Source: Laetmonice hystrix
Lineage: Eukaryota
DNA: 60,000 bases
NCBI GenBank assembly: GCA_965235115.1
Contig: OZ249436.1
Coordinates: 46,130,001 to 46,190,000 of the forward strand
Direction of reading: 5' to 3'
Of this stretch, positions 1-12,000 are shown piece after piece. The translations under genes and the position numbers were made by a program. Position 1 is the first letter of the stretch, and each line of letters opens with the position of its first letter. The notes beneath the pieces were generated by a model. That model saw nothing but the letters and a program-made list of their open reading frames with translations, was not told where the DNA came from and made no database searches.

Positions 1-29
1 TGTCATTATCCTCAAGTGAATTTACTAAC

Positions 30-3000
30 CTGTGTTGAAGAGAATCCACCGTAAGCATTACGTTGTTTTGACAGCCATTTGACAATGGGTACACCAGTGG
101 TGATGGCCGACTCCTCGCCACCGAGAACTTGAGCCAGCAGTGCGTAGGCTGTCATTTCTACATCAGCGGACTTTGCCTGGTAGTAAGGTCGGATGATCCA
201 ACCATCCACAACCTTTGGTGCCTCGGTGGCCACTGCAGCCTCCCAGTGTATCATTCCATCTGTGAGACACAAGGAAACCGTACAAATTCGGATTCTACTC
301 GTTTCTAACTGGTTCGGGTACAGTGAAATTCTGAAAGGTGTAGCTCGACTACTTTGTCAGACACGGTGAGTTGTGCTTGGAATCTTTCACAATTATAAAA
401 AAAAGTCCCGCCATTATTTCGAGTCAGACTGTGGGCTATATTGGCCCCCGAAATTGTGTAAATTACAAAACTATTTTTGTGATGTTTCAGGATACAAGGT
501 GGAGGTACGTAATCGAGCTCGATTCCTGCTGAAGGTGTTCAGCTTTTACATAGAGTTTGGGGGCCCCAACACCGCATATAAAAAATATAAAATAAAAATA
601 TCTCAAAATATTTCTATAGCAACATAAAAAATTATAATCAAGAACTGAAACCTATCCGATACAGCCAGCTATGGACTGATACCATGATTAAGAACGCTGG
701 CGTCTGCTTAGTACTCTGAAAACCTGCTAGATGGCAGGACCAACCCCATGGCCGGTTTTCCAGTCTATGAATCTGACGGATTCAAGGTGCAGAATAATTA
801 AGAAAATACGATTAGCACTATTTGCTAATCAATTGCAGAAATGAATTGCAACTACCAAGAATTGAATAGCAAATTCGGTTTTACTTTAAGCAAAGACATA
901 CATATGACGGTTTGCAAACAATGCAAACCATTTTCTTATTTGAATCTCATAACCCTTCAATTGTGTAGCAATTAATTGCGATGCGAAACAGGTTATTTTG
1001 TGCCTTGCCGTGCAGGATTACATAGGGATGGCCAGAAAACTGGCATACAAACCTGACGTGGTTAAACTCTGTTTATCCAACGTGTATCAGTATTGGTCTT
1101 ACATTAAGCTGTCCTTCCCAGCTGTCTATTACAGCTGTGGTTTTCAGCCCCAGTTTAACTCTGTGACATGTCTAAAGCCTTTTTTTACATCTAGGATACA
1201 AAATTTATCAAAATTACGACATTCCATGTTAAGCTTTGCCTCTGTTACGTACCGTCTCTCTTGGCCAGTGCGGCGAGCCTGTCCATGGCGGCTGCCCTCT
1301 CCGGCGAGGCTGGGTTGTAGAGAGTATAAGTGTAGGCGAGCAGGGCCGTTGTATAGACATCAGGTTCCGTCTCCTGTGCCCTCAGACACAGAAGGGCGTC
1401 TGTCACTGCTTCGTCCTACCAATCAACCATACAATTAATGACTTTATCTAGGAGGTCAAACTGCTCGTCACAACGGTTGAGATTAGGGCTCAGAAATCAG
1501 AAATATACTCATTTATACAGCAGGTATACCCTCGATATTCAATGGTAGTCGATCATAGCATAAATTAACATGTTTTAATATGTCCAAAACTAAGTTACTA
1601 GGTTTTACCACTGGACGACTTATCTACTCTTTGTGGTAAACAAAACAAATATAGAAGTATACAACTTCATCAAAATACGACTGATACATAACATTGTGGG
1701 TAACTACAACAAGTTTTTTTTTTAATTTTAATTTTTTGAATTTTTTGTTGAATTCATAAGACAGAGACAAGGTTTGTACGAGCCTACCTGTTTATCAATA
1801 CCAGCCTCCAGCATGGCAGCAAGCACGTACGCAGTGAGCGCAGCGGGTGAGGACCCACCGTTTAACAAGCCACCTTTCATAGACTTGTGGTGGACTGTTC
1901 CCACCTGGGGGAAACAGCCATTCTCCAACTGTTTACTCTTGAACCATGTCAAGCTCTTCTCAAGGTCTTCTTGGTCAATGTGGATAAACTTGGAGGCCTG
2001 AGCGAAGGACTTGACAACAAATGCTGTCAGCCACATGGAGCCTGAAGGGTCACTCTGACCGAACGCGCTGTATGACCCGTCGGTATGCCTATATCGTAAC
2101 TCCCTCTGATATCCTAGTGGAAAATACATGTGTGGAGTAGTAAATGGGTCTATAGTTCATATGTTAATGATGGTATGGAGCTGGTGGTAACCTAACACTG
2201 TCTTGTCACCGCTGGGTTTTAGTTGATTTAGAACACCACTTTTCAGACATTCAGAATTCTGCCTCACACAAAGGTGTTCAACACTTGTTGATAAAGCTGA
2301 GACATACCTATACGCATGTATTCCAAGGCCTTGTTTGTGATGGCCGGGGCTGCCTGGTTGCTGCCAGTCAGGTACTGCAGCACAAAAATATTGGGTGCAA
2401 ATTTCAGCATGTTCTGTTCGCCGCATCCTGTGGGAAGTCGCAGCAACTGGTCCAACCCTGAGAGAGTTGGTCCCATCACGTCCCCTGAAAACATCAGCAC
2501 ATTAGTACGGAGTCACTCATGACATGGTCAGCTCTGGGTGCAGGGACGCCGAGTCAAAAGATTACAGAAAATTTACTGGTCTTCACAGTACAACAAATTA
2601 TTTTTAAATGTTTAAAATACTTTTATAGTATTTGCACCCACTCTGCCATCAATCTCCAACCTTTCCTTGCTTGTCCTAAGTTATTTGATACAATAGACCG
2701 CCCCCAGTGGTTTCAACATTGCCCTGTTTTATTATTCCGTGGTAACTTACCAATGGCTGTGACATAAGCACGTGCTGAATCCTCCACGATCACGTCAGGT
2801 AGGGGCAGGTCCATACTCTCTATCTGAGTGCCATTACCTACACAAAACAAACAGAGAATCTAATGTTAATTAAATCACTGCTACATTGGACATGGTCACA
2901 TTTAACAATTTTAAAATAGACAGATGTGACAAATCCAAGTATTTACAGCTTACCCGTGGGACACATGTAGGAGGCCACTGTGTATTCTTCTTCACGTCCC

Positions 3001-6000
3001 TCCGGCTGTGATACAATTATACAACATGTAATATATGATATTTTATCATAAAATGTAAGACTAGGGTAAGTGTTGTATCTTATGTTTATTTATTGCTGCT
3101 TTCCATGTAACCTCAGTTTAGTACCCTTTCAGTTCCACAACAGAACATGATTGTTCCAGGTTAGCCTGGTTTTTGATGCCGATACGATCACAGCTATAAC
3201 AGGCAGGGACAAAGACCATGTACTAAACCAGAGAGTGTACATATCTTACCTCAACAAGTAATTGTCTGGTGACAGCATCCCTGGCACCTGTCTGAGAACT
3301 CATGATGAGGCCGTTCCCACATACACTGTGTGATGACACTGACTGCGCCTGTCATCGTACAACACATCCATCATCTTAAAAAATTCTACATCAAAAATTA
3401 AAACATGCTCCTAATTTTGTAGGATTCGGACACAAAATGAGATCCTCCCCCGAGTTCCATTATTATTTTCTGTATTTTTTGGGTCAGAACTGTTCAAGGG
3501 GATGGGACCATAATGGACACAGTGTCTTCACATGTTTTATTGATATATTTGCCCTGATCAATCAATCTAGTTTTGTGACCTCTTTAGTTTTTATTATTTT
3601 CCAACAAAGAAATACCTACCTTCACAGTGATGTTGACATTGCCCAGCTGGTTAGCAATGATTGAGAATGTGTGAGACTTGGCCTCTGCTCCACAAACACA
3701 GACCTGAGCACTTCGTGCATTCTTAACAACTCGATATCCAGGATTCTTCTTTAGCGTCAGTTCAACCTGTGGAAAACAATGATTGTCTCATGATAGAAAC
3801 TACAGTAAGTATGTGATCTGGTCAGCATGGTCACAGATAGAAACCACAGTAAGTATGTGATCTGGTCAGCATGGTCACAGATAGAAACTACAGTAAGTAT
3901 GTGATCTGGTCAACATGGTCACAGATAGAAACTACAGTAAGTGTGATCTGGTCAACATGGTAACAGGGTCACAGATAGAAACTACAGTAAGTATGTGATC
4001 TGGTCAGCATGGTCACAGGGTCACAGATAGAAACTACAGTAAGTATGTGATCTGGTCAGCATGGTCACAGGGTCACAGATAGAAACTACAGTAAGTATGT
4101 GATCTGGTCAGCATGGTCACAGATAGAAACCACAGTAAGTATGTGATCTGGTCAGCATGGTCACAGATAGCAACTACAGTAGGTATGTGATCTGGTCAAC
4201 ATGGTCGCAGATAGAAACCACAGTAAGTAAGTGATCTGGTCAGCATGGTCACAGATAGAAACTACAGTAAGTATGTGATCTGGTCAGCATGGTCACAGAT
4301 AGAAACTACAGTAAGTATGTGATCTGGTCAGCATGGTCACAGATAGAAACCACAATAAGTATGTGATCTGGTCAGCATGGTCACAGATAGAAACTACGGT
4401 AAGTATGTGATCTGGTCAGCATGGTCACAGATAGAAACTACAGTAAGTGTGTGATCTGGTCAGCATGGTCACAGATAGAAACTACAGTAAGTATGTGATC
4501 TGGTCAGCATGGTCACAGATAGAAACCACAATAAGTATGTGATCTGGTCAGCATGGTCACAGATAGAAACTACAGTAAGTACGGTATGTGATCTGGTCAG
4601 CATGGTCACCGATCTCAAGTCAAATGAAGTCAACCATGCATACTGTAATCTAAGTTTATCTCTGCAGAAAAAATATTTTTAAAAAGCTCACTTACCACTA
4701 AACACCTAGAGAGGTAGTTAAACACAGTGACGATGACTGGGACCTTCTCACCACGAACGACTGAGTAGGGTAGGGTGAACGACGTGAAGAACGGTTGAAA
4801 TCCCTGCACCGTGGCGGCCGCGGACACTCCAAAACCTGACTTCTCATTGGTACAGAAACTGGAGCCGACCCACTCCGTCAACGAGTGGGGCATCTGTTCT
4901 CGGAGTACGACCCTACCGTCACTACTGTTGGCAGGCAGTGAAGGCAACATGTGGTCAAACACAACCTTTCCAGCAATATTAATCATTATCAACAGGATTT
5001 CGAATGCTTGTACAGTTGTTCAATCCGTTATTACTTGATGTCATCATCTCTATCCCTAATTCAAGGCGGGAACATACATATATACCAAAAACTTACCCGA
5101 TTTCACGAATCTGCCACAGCCAGGTCTCAGGGAAGTAGGTACGTAAGTCAAGAGCCTTCTTTTCCTTGGGTTCTTGTTTGTTTACTGTGGTAGAATGACG
5201 CCGAGGTTGAGGGAGTCCAGCAGGACTAACCTGATCCACACCTCCTGTATAAGACAATGATAACGTTCACAAGATTTGTCATACACACTGTGGCCTTAGG
5301 TAATCTCATGGAGTATGTAATAAACTCTGATATTTCATATTCTTTTATCATTATTTCATACTAAAAAATACTGACGCCTGTTTCACACAAGACTTCACTT
5401 ACTAGCCAAGTATGAATAACAGGTCCAGATTCTCTACGTTATTTTTCAAAGGCTTCGATTCATAAAAATTATTTTATCATGGCTAGCTGAAAAATGAGGA
5501 TTGATTAAAAAATAATGACTGAAGTTCTACCAGGCACAGCAATGAAACGAAAGTAGATACATCGCCATGCCAATAAACACAGACTGGGTTGGCCAGCACA
5601 CAGGAATGGGAACATGCTGAAAGCTTTATATTACTGCTGGACAATTGCATTGGGTCAGTGAGTCAGTCGAGGGGAGGCTTTGCATAGGCATGTGTGAGCA
5701 TCAGAAGAATGTCAAAAAATGAACTGGTCAAATTTCATTTAGAAAGTTGCCCTCGTCACATTCTTGTGTTTTGAACTGGCCCAGAGAAACATCAGAACTT
5801 TTCATTCTCACAGTTCTGGCTAACTGACTGAAGGTCTCTATAGATAGTCCATGACCAAAGCTGGACCTTATTGCCTCCATCTTTCCTCTTTCCTCCTGCA
5901 AGCGGTACAACAATGAATGAATTGGTCAATTAATTACTTCATTTTGGGTATATTTCTTTGTGAGAATGGGATATTTTCCATTGAATTGGAAAAGGTGGCC

Positions 6001-9000
6001 GTCTCTTCCTCTTGTTTTTTTCGTTTTTTTTTTTTTTTTTGGGGGGGGGGGGGTTGACTAGTGAGAGGAAAACGATGATATTTGTACTTAATTTCGGGAA
6101 TAAGATTAACATCACTCAGTAATACGCTGGCCAACAAACATGTATAGTCATACAAGAGGTACAAGTTTTTCAATACTTTCTGCACATTATCGCGTTTAAC
6201 CTTCCGTCACCACCAGAGTGCACAGAGAGATTGAGTGGCCTACTGTAATCTTCCGTGTACAAGCTGCGGCCATGTATAAGCCGCAGGCCGTTTTTGGAGC
6301 AAAAGTCATAGAAAAAAAATGAATGTTTCCGATGCCAGTCACAGCAAAGACACTGAGACGTGTATCAGCTAGATGCTTCACCAGTTTGGCCATAGTGTGA
6401 AAACTCACTGTCCAGACACCAGTGTAAACATCCCAGGGAAAACCACAGCTTTTGGTATAGGCCAGTTCCCATTGAGAACCTAGGGATAATATCCTGAACT
6501 AACTTCTAGGCCGTCCTCAGACACATGTGGCCATCTATAAGCCGCACCCACATATTTATGAGTAGTTAGAGGAGGAAAAAAGTGTGGTTTGTACAGAGAA
6601 GATTATGGTAATTCTGTACTGCAGGTTTACAGGTCGTGACAAATGTTGACAAACGTTGTTTATAATACCTAGCATTGCTTGGTCAGGCTCCTCCATGTCC
6701 ATCTCCATGGCAAAGCGATACTCGGGTATGTGACGGTCACAAGGAGAGGTTTCTACAGCCAAGTCAGTGAGGAATATGGTGCCAAGACGCTGAATGGACA
6801 GTGAAATGAAGCAGTTAGCACCACCAAGGTGAGACTATCAGCTACTGGCAGCAGATCCTGCCGAAGTAACATGGGATGTTACTGCGACATTGAAGACCTT
6901 GCTGTTGTTACTGTTGCCAGAGATGTGCGTTTGTCCTCGGATGAAGGGGAGCCACTGTCGCAGTGACGAAACGTCGGTATAATCTCAATCCTGTCACTGA
7001 TACCTGTTAGCATCTAACACTAGACTAACAGAGTAGGGTTAGAGCAGACTACGAGGCCAGACTCGGTGGATGACTACAGCGCGTAGACTACGGCGTGTGG
7101 TAGCCCCACGTACACTTCTATCGTACCAACCTTCAGGGCCCTTTGCCTTTGAAGCATATTTCCTTCGTACATTGAAGTTACTGTACAGGATGATGTCTCG
7201 CTTTTGACAAGGTCTCGTTTCCAGGTGAAGATCACCAATCACTGTCATACCCACAGTCTACAATCAGGGCAGACACAGAGGGTTTTCAATACAGCTTCAC
7301 ACCTGGCAATGTCTCTGCCTCCGTCCAGCAATCATCATGACATCCCCTGACCACATCATGTACTTATAGTCTCACACATACGGGCTCTGTTAGAAGCAAG
7401 GAAAGCATCGCAAGCAATGGAAAGTGTCACAAGCAATGGAAAGCATCACAGGCAATGGAAAGCATCACAGGCAATGGAAAGCATCACAGGCAATGGAAAG
7501 CATCACAAGCAATGGAAAGCATTGCAAGCAATGGAAAGCATCACAAGCAATGGAAAGTATCACAAGCAATGGAAAGCATTGCAAGCAATGGAAAGTATGA
7601 CAAGCAATTCATGACCAGCTGTTACTAGTGTTAGCCACTCGATGGCACCGACACAGCAGGTTCCATTGTCTACAACAAACCACACGAGGGCTTTGGTCCA
7701 CACAGAAATAAGGGCCAGGCATGACTATAACCAATATACCCACTAACACAATCATACAAAAAAAAAGGTGGAGACAATTTTTTATCACATGTAGCGTTAA
7801 GAACATTCTGCCAATTCTTCTGTCAAATTTAGATTTGATTTTTGCCTGTCCTGTCCCATTTCATCTGTCCCAGACCTCCCACCCACAGTATGAATGAACT
7901 CTTACCTACAGACTACAAAAGCAAACGATAGAATCTTAGTGACTTGCTACCAAGTTATTAGACCCCAGTGCCAGTCAAACCTATGTAAGGGGCAGCAACT
8001 GGCCATAAGTTAACAACCTGCTTGTAATGCTGGCCCACGAGCCCTGTCCATGGAGTCGTCAAAATAAGCAATTGTCTGCACTGAACAAGGGCGCATCTGA
8101 GTGATCAAATCAGTGACAACTGTCGCTCCCATCATCTATAATCACAAAAAACACCAACATGCACGCGTCAAAATCTGAGTGATCAAATCAGCGACAACTG
8201 TTGCTCCCATCATCTATAATCACAAAAAACACCAACATGCACGCGTCAAGATCTAAGTGATCAAATCAGTGACAACTGTCGCTCCCATCACCTATAATCA
8301 CAAAAAACACCAACATGCACGCGTCAAGATCTAAGTGATCAAATCAGTGACAACTGTCGCTCCCATCATCTACAATCACAAAAAACACCAACATGCACGC
8401 GTCCATATCTGAGTGATCAAATCAGTGATAACTGTCGCTCCCATCACCTATAATCACAAAAAACACCAACATGCACGCGTCAACAACCATGTGTCCACTG
8501 CCTTCAAAAGTTATTTCTCTAAAACACATTAATTAGGTAGCCATGCTAATATCTGCCTTGTCTTGCACGCAGATACTGCAGGGAGGTTTGACCACTTATC
8601 AAAGGTTACAGCGTCACTTACCCACTCAACAACCAATCAGAAACCTCGGTCCATGTACTCAGGATGGCACTAGCTTAGCTAGCTTGTGATTGGTTGAAAA
8701 TGATTAATCATGCATTTTGTTGAACCAGCGCAGTGAGGTAATGTCAAAATGCAGTGTTGTCAGCATGTTACGGGAATCAAAAATATCATAGCAAGCCTCC
8801 GTGATGCTACTACTCTACGACTAGACTCAAACTAACCCTGGCCCTTGGCCGAGGCATGTACCCCCATCGGTATGAGCTCCCGCCGTACACACGGTCTCGA
8901 TTCCATAATAGTGTCAGAGATGGTCAACATGCCATTTATCTGAATGATCCAAAAATTCGAAGAAAGAAAAATCTTTTATCAGAAAATACACCACTCTTTT

Positions 9001-12000
9001 GTAACTGCCCAACATACTTCATGTACTGGTTGAAAACGACAAAACATGAGTGTTAGGATAAAGATTAAAATACTACAGGTTCTCCAAAAGGTTGTAGGTA
9101 CTATTATAGAAGAATTACATGCATAAAACAAGTCTATTTCTATTTTCTATTTCTAGTCTATCCTACTTTATGTCATGGCTTTGTGCTACAAAAGCTGTGA
9201 CTCACTAGTTGTCATGTCTAAAGGTCAGGGAACTGCAGCACAGTGAATGACTAAAAACACCAGGGCCCGGTTTTTTGGTTGAGCTTGAGTCAAGTTTGAG
9301 ACGAAAACCTCGTCTCAAGCTCACGGCCCTATGAGTCGACTCCTATAGGGCCGTGAGCTTGAGACGAGGTTTTCGTCTCAAGCTCAACCAAAAAACCGGG
9401 CCCTGGTACTAATCTGTACAGTACATGCATTTTACACACATATTCAGTCTGATTGTTAAAAACTAGAATCTTTGCAGTATGACAACTATGGAGCAACTAC
9501 ATCCACACTGCCTGCTCTGCTACCTTAAATATTTGAACCAAAGCAATAGATTTTTATCTCATCATATTTAATTATATCCTGTTGGGAGCCAGTGTCACAT
9601 AAATAGATTACACTATCTACATGACATAGCTATTTCCTTCATGAAAATAATGCATTGAAATGGCAATGCTCTTCAACACAAGATACACTTAGACAAAACA
9701 TTTCTTTTTCTAGAACGAACTATAAAACTTATCAATTACAAAATCTCTCCTCACTCCTGCAAAAACCAACATTACCGGTACTTGAAAAAGCTTGGAAATC
9801 ATCCCTTAGCAAACCCAATGTTGATCTGTGCCACAGCTACTGACCTTAAAAGCTCTAGAGGAATCATAATACTTGGAGTATCCAAATCCAGGCCAATAAG
9901 AACGCCTCCTTCTGAATGGTATGGCGCCAGGGGGACCTGGCGGCAAATCAAAGTCTGGATCTACTGGAGCTAGATCTGTTTTAAAAAAAGACATTTATAC
10001 CACAGAACATTTAGTAAAACATCTAATCAATTCATTAAATCAGTAAAACATCTAATCTAATCAATTCTTTAAATCAGTAACACATGTATCTAATCTAATC
10101 AATTCTTTATATCAGTAACACATGTATCTAATCTAATCAATTATTTATATCAGTAACACATGCATCTAATCTAATCAATTCTTTAAATCAGTAACACATG
10201 TATCTAATCTAATCAATTCTTTATATCAGTAACACATGTATCTACTCTAATCAATTCTTTATATCAGTAACACATGTATCTAATCTAATCAATTCTTTAT
10301 ATCAGTAACACATGTATCTAATCTAATCAATTCTTTATATCAGTAACACATGTATCTACTCTAATCAATTCTTTATATCAGTAACACATGTATCTAATCT
10401 AATCAATTCTTTATATCAGTAACACATGTATCTAATCTAATCAATTATTTATATCAGTAACACATGTATCTAATCTAATCAATTCTTTATATCAGTAACA
10501 CATGTATCTAATCTAATCAATTCTTTATATCAGTAACACATGTATCTACTCTAATCAATTCTTTATATCAGTAACACATGTATCTAATCTAATCAATTCT
10601 TTATATCAGTAACACATGTATCTAATCTAATCAATTCTTTAAATCAGTAACACATGTATCTACTCTAATCAATTCTTTATATCAGTAACACATGTATCTA
10701 ATCTAATCAGTTCTTTATATCAGTAACACATGTATCTAATCTAATCAATTCTTTATATCAGTAACACATGTATCTACTCTAATCAATTCTTTATATCAGT
10801 AACACATGTATCTAATCTAATCATTTCTTTATATCAGTAACACATGTATCTAATCTAATCAATTCTTTATATCAGTAACACATGTATCTAATCTAATCAA
10901 TTCTTTATATCAGTAACACATGTATCTAATCTAATCAATTCTTTATATCAGTAACACATGTATCTACTCTAATCAATTCTTTATATCAGTAACACATGTA
11001 TCTAATCTAATCAATTCTTTATATCAGTAACACATGTATCTAATCTAATCAATTCTTTATATCAGTAACACATCTAATCTAAGAGACAGTTTTAAATCAT
11101 ACCTTTGATTTTCTCGTCACAGTATGTATCGTGCACATAGGGGCCAGAATTCTCATCAAGATCATATTTCCTTAGTATCTCAAATAGCTGTAAACAATAA
11201 GGGCAACTTCAGTGATATTACATATAAATCTAATGCTAAGTCAATCCATAACCAGCTTTAATATGATGAATTAACACTCCACACTATGTCCAAGCCAACA
11301 ATAACAAACGATAACAAATAACAAATCTTAACATTTACATGTAGAAACAAAGTTATTTTTCTATAAACAAATTTTAGACCACCACTTATATTAAAAACTG
11401 GTCCTGAAAGTACTATGAAATCTTGTGAGCCTGGTACTGTATCATTCACATTGAAATATCAGATGAGACAGGTGGGTTACCTTTGCCATATTGAGCTGGT
11501 TATTCCCACCGAGAAGGTGCACACTTTTGTCGATGACGCCGATGGCACAGAGTGACCCCGGGTCAGCCTCCAATCGCAGACTCACAGCCTCTCCCGGATA
11601 CAGCCGTGTGTCGCTAAACTCCAGTGAAACCTGGTGGAAATTTGAAGGATTACAAGTTTTTCCCCCCAAGGGTTCCCCTGAGGGTAGTGTTTTTGATAGA
11701 ATTTTCCTCAAAAGTTAGTGAAATTAGATGGTCTTCCTCTTTTCTTATTCACATACAAACTGGGTCTAAATGGACACGAGTACATTACCCTGTTCTAATA
11801 ATGAAAGTATTATTTCCATGGGATTAGAGGACCTTGAAAAATAATTCCTAGTTCCTGAGACTTGCTTGTCCTTAGAACCCAGTAGTGCCATCTTTAAATG
11901 ACCTGTTTGTCTTCCTGTATACTTCCTTGGGAACCACAAAACAACATTTACCTGATTTTCAAAGCACTGCTTGACGTTGAACTTGATGCTGTCTGCTACG

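Noticed and set aside
998..2522. Plus-strand ORFs overlapping A2M exons (likewise 36553-37794 over the ZNF gene)
   Set aside because: Antisense shadows of real coding exons with no recognisable domains.
3792..4609. Regular arrays (also 10011-11080, 43605-44460, 48225-48536) as CRISPR arrays
   Set aside because: Units are head-to-tail with no unique spacers, there are no cas genes, and the context is eukaryotic.
6860..7003. Acceptor-like ctaacag at about 7004 followed by a short open frame, as a companion exon to 17b
   Set aside because: Only a weak phase-1 donor before the stop codon.
8610..8680. Strong minus-strand GTAAGT donor inside the cassette as another alternative exon
   Set aside because: The frame needed for a phase-1 end has a stop codon, and there is no similarity to 17a/b/c.
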